NCBI GenBank assembly: GCA_964442455.1
Contig: CAYTZB010000004.1
Span: 7,425-71,424 of the forward strand
DNA length: 64,000 bases
Origin: an uncultured Gammaproteobacteria bacterium
GTDB lineage: Bacteria; Patescibacteriota; Microgenomatia; UBA8517; JACQJR01
Reading direction: 5' to 3'
The notes beneath the pieces were generated by a model. That model ran no database searches and was not told the origin of the DNA. It worked only from the letters and a program-made list of their open reading frames with translations. Within the stretch, counting starts at the first letter, position 1, and each line of letters opens with the position of its first letter. Shown in pieces: positions 28,995-38,428 of this stretch. The translations under genes and the position numbers were made by a program.

Positions 28995-29128
28995 AAATTC
29001 GAAGCACGAAGCACTAAATTCGAAACAAACTCAAAATTATAAATACAAAATAACAAAAAAGTTTAGAATTTGAAGCATTTGAATTTAAATATTGTTTAGA
29101 GTTTCGGATTTGAAATTTCGAATTTCCG
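28995..29128. repeat. Heptamer-periodic inverted element (AATTCGA/TCGAATT family), copy A
   Basis: Left arm AAATTCG AAGCACG AAGCACT AAATTCG; right arm is its approximate reverse complement. Confidence 0.8.
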
Positions 29129-29140
29129 AGCTTACATCGG

Positions 29141-30190
29141 CTACTCTTCACTATTTCCCGTTTCTGCTTCTCCAATTTTTGTTGGCACTTTTTTACTTTC
29201 AGCAGCTGTTCTTCGTGCTTTTTCCTCAACCTCTTTCAAAATCTTTTGATGCTCCCCAAGAAACGCGATTGCCGCTTGGCGACCTTGGCCTATGACTTGG
29301 GTTCCGTAACGAAAGAATGAACCTTGTTTGGTAATAACACCAAACTCTGCTGCTACATCAAGTATTCCTCCTGCTTTAGAAACTCCACCCATATTCATAA
29401 TATCAAATTCTGCAACCCTGAAAGGTGGTGCAACTTTATTTTTAACCACGCGTGCTCTGTGTCGCGAACCAATGACGAGATCTCCATCCTTTATTGTGTC
29501 AATTTTTCGAATATCAATTCGGACCGACGCATAAAATTTAAGCGCTAAACCTCCCGGAGTCACTTCCGGGTTACCAAACATAACGCCTATTTTTTGCCGT
29601 AATTGATTGGTAAAAATGACTACGGTGCGTGACTTGGAAATTGCACCAGTTAACTTTCGAAGCGCTTGCGACATTAAGCGTGCCTGGACACCAATCATCG
29701 CATCGCCCATTTCTCCTTCAAGTTCAGCTCGGGGGACGAGTGCAGCAACTGAATCAATAACCACAACATCAACTGCGCCCGACCTGACAAGCGTTTCTAC
29801 AATCTCAAGCCCTTGCTCTCCCGTATCGGGTTGAGAGATAAGTAACTCATTAAGATTCACACCGATTGATTCGGCTCGAGCAGGGTCCAACGCATGTTCT
29901 GCATCAATAAATGCGGCAGTGCCACCCATCTTTTGGGCTTCTGCTATAACATGAAGCGCTAACGTTGTTTTTCCTGAAGCTTCAGGCCCATAAACCTCGA
30001 CTATTCTGCCCCGAGGAAGACCGCCAACACCAAGGGCTAAATCTAAGGCTATTGAACCTGTGGGAATAACATCTACCTTAAGGCGCGAATCCGCTGCTTC
30101 TCCCAACTTCATAATTGACCCCCGACCCCATTGCTTCTCAATCTGCTCAATTGCCAATTTTATCGCATCAAGTTTTGCTCCCTGTGCCAT
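29141..30190 (-). CDS. recA: Recombinase RecA
   Basis: [37 protein letters not shown]. Confidence 0.99.
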   Translation of the reverse strand: MAQGAKLDAIKLAIEQIEKQWGRGSIMKLGEAADSRLKVDVIPTGSIALDLALGVGGLPRGRIVEVYGPEASGKTTLALHVIAEAQKMGGTAAFIDAEHALDPARAESIGVNLNELLISQPDTGEQGLEIVETLVRSGAVDVVVIDSVAALVPRAELEGEMGDAMIGVQARLMSQALRKLTGAISKSRTVVIFTNQLRQKIGVMFGNPEVTPGGLALKFYASVRIDIRKIDTIKDGDLVIGSRHRARVVKNKVAPPFRVAEFDIMNMGGVSKAGGILDVAAEFGVITKQGSFFRYGTQVIGQGRQAAIAFLGEHQKILKEVEEKARRTAAESKKVPTKIGEAETGNSEE

Positions 30191-30241
30191 GGCATTCTTC
30201 TTGTACTACTTCTTCGGGAAAATTTCAATATGTAAAATGTG

Positions 30242-30497
30242 TCGGGGAGCCGGGAATATCAGTTTTGCTCGCAAAACTGATATGTCTTACCTCACTTTGT
30301 TGTTCAAATGCTTTCGCTTTCGCAAGTCGCGAGGGGCGATATTGAACACGCACCTTTACCCCGTACCGATTTCTTGTCGGGGTGCCCAGAATTGAACTGG
30401 GACCTTACGCACCCCATGCGCAAATACTAACCGTTATACTACACCCCGAAATCTGGTACGGGACCATGCGCGTATTCTACCGTTAAACTACTCCCCG
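30242..30497 (-). pseudogene. Fragmented outer tRNA-Pro enclosing the intact tRNA-Pro
   Basis: 5' half at 30464-30497, anticodon 3' strand at 30347-30354, T-arm/acceptor 3' end at 30242-30257; acceptor CGGGGAG/CTCCCCG pairs. Confidence 0.7.
30377..30448 (-). tRNA. tRNA-Pro(GGG)
   Basis: Cloverleaf: CGGGGTG/CACCCCG acceptor, TGCGC-ATGGGGT-GCGTA anticodon arm, CCCAG-TTCAATT-CTGGG T arm; no encoded CCA. Confidence 0.93.
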
Positions 30498-30621
30498 CTA
30501 ACTCTCCTGGAGCGTGTATATTGTATCATTTAAGCCCATCATACTTCCACTGAACCTACACCACTTGCAAGCAACGGGTAAAATAGCTCACTATAGTAAA
30601 GAGAATGTATTACAAAAACCA

Positions 30622-32268
30622 ATGAATACTATCCTTAAAAATCTTACAAGCAAACCGTTATTTTTAATAGTTGTTTTAGCCCTTTTTTTGCGATTTATAA
30701 ACTTAGCAGACTACCCTTTTGGTTTCCATGCTGACGAAGTGCGAGTTGGCTGGAATGCCTTATCAATTGCAAAAACAGGAAAAGATGATAGAGGAAATGC
30801 GTTGGCCGTTCATTACAATACCTTTGGCGACTATAGACCAACGGGAATTTTTTATTTGACAATTCCCTCAATAATAATCTTCGGTAGAAATGAGTTTGCG
30901 GTACGATTTCCTTCTGCTTTATTGGGAGCACTTACTGTGCTTCCTCTCTTTTTCTTAGTACTAGAGATTACAAAAAAGAAAAATTTAGCATTACTTTCCG
31001 CACTTTTACTTGCTATTTCTCCTTGGCATATAGCAACAAGTCGGGCAACAAGTGAAGTGGTAATCGCTCTATTTTTGGTACTTTTTGGTTTATTCTTTTT
31101 ATTAAAAGCTTTTAGGGAAAAATCAAACAAACTGTTTTTTGTAAGTCTGGTCTTTTTAGTTCTCAGTTATTTCTTTTATCACTCTGCACGCATTCTTGTC
31201 CCTCTTTTTGTAGGAACCTTAATTATTTATTTTTGGCAAGAAATTAAAAGCACAAACTTAACCAGAAAAGCATTTGCAGTATTTTTGTTTCTTTTAATTT
31301 TAACTGCCCTCTTTGCTTCAAACAAAGAAGCGAGAGGTCGTTTTTCTCAGGTATCTATTCTTAATGATTTAGATGTTTCGTATGAACTTTCCCGCATGCC
31401 CTTTGAGGAAGGACCCAACAGGGTTTTTGTCGCCCGACTGTTCCACAATAAACCATCGGTTTATGCAAGGCGTTTTATAAACGAATATGCAAATTATTTC
31501 AGTGCCAACTTTTTGGTAGGAAATGTTGCAAAACCACTCCGTTATACAACTCCAGGTATAGGGCTACTTACCTATTTTGAGGCCTTTCTTTTTCTTTTTG
31601 GTTTAATCTCTATAGCTCAAAAAAGACACAGTATCCTTCTTCTTTTTCTCCTTCTCGTGTCACCAGTACCGGCGGGACTCACAATGGAGGATTCACCAAA
31701 CTTACACCGTGCACTTTTTATGCTCCCTTTCATAGCAATTATTGCAGCGTATGGTTTTTATCAACTCAAACAGGTGGAAAGATTTAAGAAAGAAATCATT
31801 TTTGCGACTTCTCTTGGTCTTGCCTTAAATTTTATATTTTTCCTTCACATGTATTTTGTTCATGCAAAAGTTCATATCCCTCTTTACAGAAACATTGGTG
31901 CAAAAGAGCTGGCGCTACAGTTGAACAAGTTACAAAAAGACTACGACAAAATAGTACTCACCAACATTCCCGACGATCCCTATCCATGGATTGCTTTCTT
32001 TACAGGAAGGGATCCTAAGGTATTCAATAAAGATGCGATAATGAGAGAAAAGGGAACATGGACAAGTGAGAATTTTGTTTTTACGGGTTTAAGATGTCCA
32101 TCAAGAGATGCTTTTGAACAACCTGATGTTAGGCGACTTTTGGTTGTTGATGCCGAAGGATGTGCAAGCGAGAGTAATCTGAAGAGTAGAGAAGATGTGG
32201 TTATACTCAAGCAAATCAAAAGACCGGACCAGTCCGAGGTTTATACTCTTTGGTCTAAAACTGAATAG
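30622..32268 (+). CDS. GT-C fold glycosyltransferase (family 39/ArnT-like)
   Basis: GFHADE after the first TM, FAVRFPSA, LAISPWH, many TMs. Confidence 0.87.
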   Translation: MNTILKNLTSKPLFLIVVLALFLRFINLADYPFGFHADEVRVGWNALSIAKTGKDDRGNALAVHYNTFGDYRPTGIFYLTIPSIIIFGRNEFAVRFPSALLGALTVLPLFFLVLEITKKKNLALLSALLLAISPWHIATSRATSEVVIALFLVLFGLFFLLKAFREKSNKLFFVSLVFLVLSYFFYHSARILVPLFVGTLIIYFWQEIKSTNLTRKAFAVFLFLLILTALFASNKEARGRFSQVSILNDLDVSYELSRMPFEEGPNRVFVARLFHNKPSVYARRFINEYANYFSANFLVGNVAKPLRYTTPGIGLLTYFEAFLFLFGLISIAQKRHSILLLFLLLVSPVPAGLTMEDSPNLHRALFMLPFIAIIAAYGFYQLKQVERFKKEIIFATSLGLALNFIFFLHMYFVHAKVHIPLYRNIGAKELALQLNKLQKDYDKIVLTNIPDDPYPWIAFFTGRDPKVFNKDAIMREKGTWTSENFVFTGLRCPSRDAFEQPDVRRLLVVDAEGCASESNLKSREDVVILKQIKRPDQSEVYTLWSKTE

Positions 32269-33010
32269 CGGAGTTGTCTTTAATCCAAATCATCGCTCCA
32301 AATCTTCCGGTTGGTTTTTGTTTTCTCTCAGAAAAAAATAAATCAGGATTATCGAATGTACAAAGATTCGCAATCTCAATATTTTTCTCTTTTACTCCTC
32401 TTTCAATTAATTGAAATCTGTTCGCTTTCCATAAATCTAAACGGGCATGGCCTTTTCTTTTTTTTGAAAACAATTTATCTGCGTACTTAAACTTGTACTT
32501 AAACTGATTAATAACGTTGGCATCAACCTCATAGCAGCAAGGACCGATTGAAGGACCAATACCAACAATTAAATCCGTAGGGTTTGTCCCAAAATGGTCT
32601 TCCATATGCTGGACTGCGAGTCTTGTAATTTCCTGCACAGTCCCAAGCCAACCCGCATGTACCGCACCTACAACTTTATGCACAGGATCAACTAACATTA
32701 TCGGAACGCAATCGGCAACTTTAATGAAGAGGGGAACGTCAGGTTCCTTAGTAATAAGTGCATCGCGTTCTAAAATTACATGTCCCTTATCCTTTTCGCC
32801 TACTACCGCCACATGATTCCCATGCACTTGTTGTGCATCAACTACATCTTTTTCTTTAACACCAATCGTTTTAAAAAATTTTTCTCTGGAATTTTTTACA
32901 CTTCCAAAATCTCTTGTCGAAACCGCATGTCGCAACCAAGGAATTTGAGAAAGATTCCTAAACTGAAAAATTTTAAGACCCGAGAGTTCAGTAAATGGCA
33001 TAGGATTCAC
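32255..33010 (-). CDS. pgeF: YfiH/PgeF family protein
   Basis: QVHG, ADCVP, HAGW, GPSIGPCCYEV. Confidence 0.93.
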   Translation of the reverse strand: MNPMPFTELSGLKIFQFRNLSQIPWLRHAVSTRDFGSVKNSREKFFKTIGVKEKDVVDAQQVHGNHVAVVGEKDKGHVILERDALITKEPDVPLFIKVADCVPIMLVDPVHKVVGAVHAGWLGTVQEITRLAVQHMEDHFGTNPTDLIVGIGPSIGPCCYEVDANVINQFKYKFKYADKLFSKKRKGHARLDLWKANRFQLIERGVKEKNIEIANLCTFDNPDLFFSERKQKPTGRFGAMIWIKDNSAIQF

Positions 33011-33084
33011 ACATTATACCTCTTAATTTGCCTTTTTTGATAAATATGCTATACTCTTCTTCAATAATTACTGCTCCTCTCAAA

Positions 33085-34674
33085 ATGAGCATTGCAGAAC
33101 TGCAACCAACTCCAGAAAGAGCACGAGCCACCTACACCCCCACCCTCGAACAAGCCCGCGAACTTGCACGTCTCAACACGCTTATTCCCATTTATCGCAC
33201 GCTCCCTGCAGACTTAGAAACACCAGTTACCGCGTATGTAAAACTCACAAGCGGGGAAAAGAAGACTGAATGGTCCCCCTCATTTCTCCTTGAAAGTGTA
33301 GAGGGAGGAAACCTTGGACGTTATAGCTTTTTAGTTACTGCACCAAAATGGGGGATTGAACTGCCTGTTGAAGGGGGATGGCTAGAACGACAACCTAATG
33401 GTTCAAAGCTGCATAATCCTGGCGAAGTAGTCGACCCCCTAATACCAATAGAAGAAAGAATGAGACGGCAAGTAGCAAGAGTTACCGGTTTACCCCGCTT
33501 TCATGGAGGATTTATTGGGTACATTGGGTTTGAAGTCGTAAGAGCCTTTGAAAGAAAACCCACGCTCCAAAATCCCAACCCAAGCACAACAGGCGTTCCC
33601 GACGCTATGCTCGCCCAAGTTGATGACCTTGTTGCATTTGACCATGTGACAAAAGAAATGAAAGTGATAACGCACCTCGCGGTCGAAGACCCACAACATA
33701 TTGATACTCTCTATGCCGCAGCAGTTGAGCGTATTGAAGCGATTGTTGACAAATTGCGCAAACCATTTGACCCTAAAACGCTAATCTCTGGCACAGTTCC
33801 CCCGTTACAAGCGGAGCCCACTTCAAACTTCGAACGCGCGCCATACCTAGAAATGGTAGCAGAAGCTCGTCACAAAGTTATTGAAGGAGAAGTTATCCAA
33901 GTAGTAGTCTCGCAGCGATGGGAACAAAAGACATCGGCTGACCCTTTTAAAATTTATCGTGCACGGCGGCGAGTAGACCCTTCTCCTTTCCAATTTTTCT
34001 TTGACTACGATGGGTTCCAGCTCATTGGTGCCTCTCCCGAGCTTCTGGTGAAAGTTGAAAACGGAAAAGTCACTACTTGGCCCCTTGCAGGAACTAGACC
34101 ACGCTCTCCTGATGCAACACCTGAAGAAGATGCTGCACTCGCAGAAGAACTCTTACACGATGAGAAAGAACTAGCAGAACATTTGATGTTAGTTGATTTA
34201 GGACGTAATGATATTGGAAGAGTAGCCATTCCTGGAACTGTAAAGGTAACAAAATTTAGGGAACCTGAGTTCTTCTCGAACGTCGTTCATCTCGGATCTC
34301 GCGTGGAAGGTTTACTTCGCCCAGAACTCACTTCCTTTGATGCGCTGCGCGCGTGCTTTCCCGCGGGAACAGTAGCGGGTGCACCTAAAATTCGAGCTAC
34401 AGAACTCATTTATGACTTTGAGCCTGACCGACGGGGTCCGTATGCGGGAGCAATTGGCTTCATCGACTATTCTGGGGGTTTGGAGGTAGCAATCACCATA
34501 CGTACTATGGTCTATAAAAAAGTTTTTGGGATACCCGTATATGGTATCGCCTATGTCCAATCGGGAGGGGGTATTGTCTACGACAGTGTGCCTGAAACGG
34601 AATATGAAGAGACAAGAGCGAAAGCGCGTGGAGGATTTCGATCAGTAAAGCTTGCAGAGGAAGAAGAATTTTAA
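33085..34674 (+). CDS. trpE: Anthranilate synthase component I family protein
   Basis: DLETPV, FLLESVEGG, GASPELL, PLAGTR, AEHLMLVDLGRND, FPAGTVAGAPK. Confidence 0.88.
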   Translation: MSIAELQPTPERARATYTPTLEQARELARLNTLIPIYRTLPADLETPVTAYVKLTSGEKKTEWSPSFLLESVEGGNLGRYSFLVTAPKWGIELPVEGGWLERQPNGSKLHNPGEVVDPLIPIEERMRRQVARVTGLPRFHGGFIGYIGFEVVRAFERKPTLQNPNPSTTGVPDAMLAQVDDLVAFDHVTKEMKVITHLAVEDPQHIDTLYAAAVERIEAIVDKLRKPFDPKTLISGTVPPLQAEPTSNFERAPYLEMVAEARHKVIEGEVIQVVVSQRWEQKTSADPFKIYRARRRVDPSPFQFFFDYDGFQLIGASPELLVKVENGKVTTWPLAGTRPRSPDATPEEDAALAEELLHDEKELAEHLMLVDLGRNDIGRVAIPGTVKVTKFREPEFFSNVVHLGSRVEGLLRPELTSFDALRACFPAGTVAGAPKIRATELIYDFEPDRRGPYAGAIGFIDYSGGLEVAITIRTMVYKKVFGIPVYGIAYVQSGGGIVYDSVPETEYEETRAKARGGFRSVKLAEEEEF

Positions 34675-34677
34675 CCC

Positions 34678-35109
34678 CTATCGCTTCGGAGATTGTTTCT
34701 TCCTCCTTGCCTTCCCGCCGGTTCCCACTTTTCGCCGCTCACGAATTCTCGCATCACGAGTTAAAAGCTTTTGTTTCTTGAGCGGTGGGCGAAACTGTTC
34801 GGGAGAGGCATTTGCAAGCGCACGCGCAATGCCCAAAACCGTTGCATCCAACTGACCCCCTTTGCCTCCCCCTTCCACCTTCACACTCACCCAATATTTA
34901 TCAAACGCACCCGCAACCTTAAATGGTCGCTCAAATAAAATTTTTGCAACTACTCCCGGAAAGTAATCGGTAAAGGGTATTCCATTCACGAGGTGCTCAT
35001 CATGACCTTTAAAGAGCCGTACACGCGCAATAGACTCTTTTCGACGCCCTACGGCGAAGATAAAGTCCTTAGTTTTTTTTGGTTCAATAGTTCGTTGTGC
35101 TGTAACCAT
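34678..35109 (-). CDS. rpsI: 30S ribosomal protein S9
   Basis: GRRKESIARV, ERRKVG, QSPKR. Confidence 0.97.
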   Translation of the reverse strand: MVTAQRTIEPKKTKDFIFAVGRRKESIARVRLFKGHDEHLVNGIPFTDYFPGVVAKILFERPFKVAGAFDKYWVSVKVEGGGKGGQLDATVLGIARALANASPEQFRPPLKKQKLLTRDARIRERRKVGTGGKARRKKQSPKR

Positions 35110-35116
35110 ATAATTA

Positions 35117-35283
35117 AAATTCGAAATTCTAATATCGAAATTCGAAACAAATCCAAAATTATAATGTTCTAAATTATAAGCAGAGCTTGTTTCTCGCTAA
35201 CGCTCAAAATAAACGTTTTATCCGCCAGATGGCGGATTGAATTTAAATATTGTTTAGGATTTCGTGCTTCGTGCTTCGAATTT
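35117..35283. repeat. Heptamer-periodic inverted element copy B, with nested modules
   Basis: Same arms as copy A; contains a CAGAGCTTGTTTCTC module and ATCCGCCAGATGGCGGAT; overlaps the rplM stop. Confidence 0.8.
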
Positions 35284-35688
35284 ATCGTCATATGTATGTT
35301 CTCCTCCTGCAAACACTTTTAAGCGTGCCATTCTTACCTTCTTGAGACGATTATCCGGCAACATTCCAGAAACGGCATGTTCAATAAGACGCTCCGGATG
35401 CGTGCTTCTCATCTTCGCTGCTGAAATCTCTTTCAGCCCAGAAGGATATCCTGAATATCGCCTATACACCTTTTGTACTTCCTTTCTGCCGGTCAATACT
35501 ACATCTTTGGCATTTGTCACCACAACATAATCACCCGCGTCAAGATGCGGCACATAGGTCCTCTTATGTTTCCCCATTAAAAATGTGGCCACCCCGGTCG
35601 CAAGCCGGCCGAGCACCTTCCCCTTTGCAGAAATCAAATGCCACTCCCTTTTTGTATCCTTTGCCCGTGGTTGGTATGTTGTGCCCAT
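35254..35688 (-). CDS. rplM: 50S ribosomal protein L13
   Basis: LGRLA, GKHK, DAGDYVVVTNA, SGYPSG. Confidence 0.97.
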   Translation of the reverse strand: MGTTYQPRAKDTKREWHLISAKGKVLGRLATGVATFLMGKHKRTYVPHLDAGDYVVVTNAKDVVLTGRKEVQKVYRRYSGYPSGLKEISAAKMRSTHPERLIEHAVSGMLPDNRLKKVRMARLKVFAGGEHTYDDKFEARSTKS

Positions 35689-35691
35689 TTT

Positions 35692-36111
35692 TTATTTTTT
35701 ATTTTCTAATTTCTTAGTCTTAGACTTAGACGCTTCATCCTTAGTTTCAACTTTTTCCCTACTCCACATAAGTCGCACCATTGGCGCATTATCTCCCGCT
35801 CGTCGCCCAGCGCGAACCATTCGGGTAAAGCCACTCGAGAGGGTAGCAAATCGAAGTTTTACTTCCTCTTCTAATTTGGCAACCGCACGCTTATTGTGTG
35901 CAAATTCAGACAGAAGTGCTCGTCTGGACGCGAGTGTTCTCTTCTTCGCAAGGGTAACTGCCTTATCAATTAAGGGTTTAACAGCTTTCGCACGAGGGAG
36001 TGTTGTTTCTATCGTTCCATGTTCTACCAATGAGACCACTAATGCACGGAAAAGCGCCGCTCGAGCGCCCGTATCTCTTGAAAATTTTCTCCCCATTACA
36101 TGCTTTTTCAT
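35692..36111 (-). CDS. rplQ: 50S ribosomal protein L17
   Basis: GRKFSR, IETTLPRAK, RAGDNAPM. Confidence 0.96.
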   Translation of the reverse strand: MKKHVMGRKFSRDTGARAALFRALVVSLVEHGTIETTLPRAKAVKPLIDKAVTLAKKRTLASRRALLSEFAHNKRAVAKLEEEVKLRFATLSSGFTRMVRAGRRAGDNAPMVRLMWSREKVETKDEASKSKTKKLENKK

Positions 36112-36165
36112 TGAACATTCTTTTATATATCTGTTTAACCTTAGGTTAACTATACCGCAGGTCAA

Positions 36166-37080
36166 TTATACCATCGCCGGGAATTGTATCCCGTGCTCAC
36201 CGAGTGCTGCGGCAATAATCTTCAGCGATTTTTCACCCACATTACGTACACGAGAAAGCTCCTCGGGTTTTGCTCCAAGGAGTTGCCCTACCGTCTCATA
36301 TCCCCCTTTAACGAGCGCATTTGCAATTCGGGCAGGCAGATTTAGCTCCTCGACCGAAAGAGTTGCAATACCGGTTGAAATCCTTGGTTTCTCTCGAGAC
36401 TCTTGTTCTTTTATGCGTGGAGTAATAATTTGTGTAAAGTGAGCAACTAAAATTTCAGCTGCCCGCTTTATACTCTCCAGTGGGGGGACAGTCCCATCAG
36501 TCCAAAGCTCAAGTACCAACCTGTCGTAATTTGCGACACGACCGACTCGCGTCTCTTCGACCTTGTAGTTCACGCGTGTTACGGGAGAGAATACACTATC
36601 TATCGGAATGACTCCAATCGTGTTGCTTCTCCGGTCGTCTGCAGGAGAGAATCCTGTCCCTTGCTCAACCTGAAATTCTGCAGAAAAACGGACACCGGCG
36701 GATAATGTTGCAAGAGGAAGTTCGGGATTGACAACAGTAACAGCTGGTGAGCCCTTCAAATCTCCTGCCTTAATCACTCCAGGACCCTTTTTATCAACCG
36801 TCAACTTTGCGGGGGTAGTACCGGTATACTTAATTCTCACTTTCTTAAGATTTAATAAAAATGCAATCACGTCCTCTTTCATACCAGCAATTGTAGAAAA
36901 AGGATGACGAACTTTGTCAATTTTGGCACTGGTAATTGCAGCACCCACCAATCCGGTGAGAAGCACTCGACGCAATGCCGCCCCCAAGGTATGACCATAC
37001 CCTTGAGACAGCGGCTCAATCACAAACCGACCGTAATCAGGCTTTTCTTCGTCTTTTCTTAGTGTAAAAAGCAATTCCAT
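36166..37080 (-). CDS. rpoA: RNA polymerase subunit alpha
   Basis: IEPLSQGYGHTLG, FSPV, alpha-CTD RNVGEKS. Confidence 0.97.
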   Translation of the reverse strand: MELLFTLRKDEEKPDYGRFVIEPLSQGYGHTLGAALRRVLLTGLVGAAITSAKIDKVRHPFSTIAGMKEDVIAFLLNLKKVRIKYTGTTPAKLTVDKKGPGVIKAGDLKGSPAVTVVNPELPLATLSAGVRFSAEFQVEQGTGFSPADDRRSNTIGVIPIDSVFSPVTRVNYKVEETRVGRVANYDRLVLELWTDGTVPPLESIKRAAEILVAHFTQIITPRIKEQESREKPRISTGIATLSVEELNLPARIANALVKGGYETVGQLLGAKPEELSRVRNVGEKSLKIIAAALGEHGIQFPAMV

Positions 37081-37111
37081 ACAAAAAGCCCCGTGTTAAG
37101 GGCCATTATTA

Positions 37112-37140
37112 AGTCTACACTATTTTTAAACAATACGCAA
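37112..37140 (-). promoter_or_regulatory. Internal promoter for rpoA
   Basis: TTGCGT-N17-TAGACT. Confidence 0.5.
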
Positions 37141-37145
37141 GAACG

Positions 37146-37368
37146 TACTCATTATCGTGAGTAAGAACCTACGCTTCGCGTAGAACCTTGTTCCCTAACG
37201 AGAGTAAGCAGAGCTTGTTCTCTAACGAGAATAAGAACCTGCTTCGCAGAACCTTGTTTCTCGCTTTGCTCAAAATAAGAACCTCGCCTTCGGCGAGAAC
37301 CTTGTTCCCTTAACGGGAATAAGAGATTCTCTCTTTGCTCGACTCCTCTTGTTCTCTAACGAGAATAG
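37146..37368. repeat. Array of alternating hairpins downstream of rpsD
   Basis: Five CTTGTTCTC-TAAC-GAGAATAAG-like units separated by linkers, with three AAC-stem-TTCG-stem-AAC modules. Confidence 0.88.
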
Positions 37369-37955
37369 AACCCAATAATGGTTTGTTCCTCAATTGGCTC
37401 GATAACGTCTTCTCTCACTGGCAGACGGAGAACCTTCCCCGCAGCCCCTTTTCTCTCAAGCCAAGAAGGAAGTACCTTCTCACGCTCAGCAACAAGTCGG
37501 GCAATTGCGGGAATTTTTTGCGCCGTGGGAGTAAGAGTCACCACATCTCCCTCTTTTACTTCGTAAGAAGGAGCAGCCACGCGTTTATTATTCACAAATA
37601 CATGTCCGTGACCCACCAATTGTCGTGCCGCAGGTCGTGTAGACGCAAAACCAAGCCGATAAACGATGTTATCAAGACGGCGTTCAAGAAGTGAAAGTAA
37701 TACCTCTCCACTATTACCTTTGCTCCTACTGGCACGCTCTATATAATGCTTAAACTGTCGCTCAAGCACACCATAAAGCCGCTTCGTTTTCTGCTTTTCG
37801 CGAAGTTGTCGCCCATAATCCGAGAGTCTTGGTGCTCCTCTATGTCCATGCATGCCGGGCGGCACCGTAAGGCGTGTAAGTTTGCTGCCCGCTCCGTACA
37901 AATCAAACCCCTCTCTACGGGATAATCTATCTTTTGGTCCAGTATATCTAGCCAT
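37356..37955 (-). CDS. rpsD: 30S ribosomal protein S4
   Basis: MARYTGP, QLREKQK, LERRLDN, FYSR. Confidence 0.98.
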   Translation of the reverse strand: MARYTGPKDRLSRREGFDLYGAGSKLTRLTVPPGMHGHRGAPRLSDYGRQLREKQKTKRLYGVLERQFKHYIERASRSKGNSGEVLLSLLERRLDNIVYRLGFASTRPAARQLVGHGHVFVNNKRVAAPSYEVKEGDVVTLTPTAQKIPAIARLVAEREKVLPSWLERKGAAGKVLRLPVREDVIEPIEEQTIIGFYSR

Positions 37956-38039
37956 AGATTGGCCTCCAATCTATGGAATTTCCAATTTCTGAAGGATTTC
38001 TTCCATTTGATATTTGATACTTGATACTTGATACTTTTC

Positions 38040-38423
38040 TCATACTCTCCTTCTCTTCTTCGGCCGTACCCCATTGTGGGGAATGGGTGTCACATCTGCT
38101 ATGAGAGACATCGAAAGTCCTACGGATCGAATTGCCCGAAGCGCTGCATCTCTTCCAGGGCCTGGACCTTTGACAAACACGGCAACCTCACGAACACCCT
38201 TCTCCCTTGCCTCCCGTGCCGCCCGCTCGACGGTCATCGTTGCAGCATAGGGGGTGGCTTTACGTGTTCCTTTAAATCCACTCTTTCCCGAGCTTCCAGA
38301 AGCTAACGTGTTTCCCTGCTCATCAGTCACGGTAACAACTGTATTGTTGAATGTTGCAGTTACAAACACATTGCCACGCTGCGGAAATGACGTACGTTTC
38401 TTTTTAGCTCCTTTTTTTGCCAT
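38040..38423 (-). CDS. rpsK: 30S ribosomal protein S11
   Basis: TFNNT, DVTPIPHNG. Confidence 0.98.
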   Translation of the reverse strand: MAKKGAKKKRTSFPQRGNVFVTATFNNTVVTVTDEQGNTLASGSSGKSGFKGTRKATPYAATMTVERAAREAREKGVREVAVFVKGPGPGRDAALRAIRSVGLSMSLIADVTPIPHNGVRPKKRRRV

Positions 38424-38428
38424 AGTTA

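Noticed and set aside
37146-37368. CRISPR array
   Set aside because: Repeats are degenerate, spacers are short, self-complementary and related to each other, and no cas genes are nearby.
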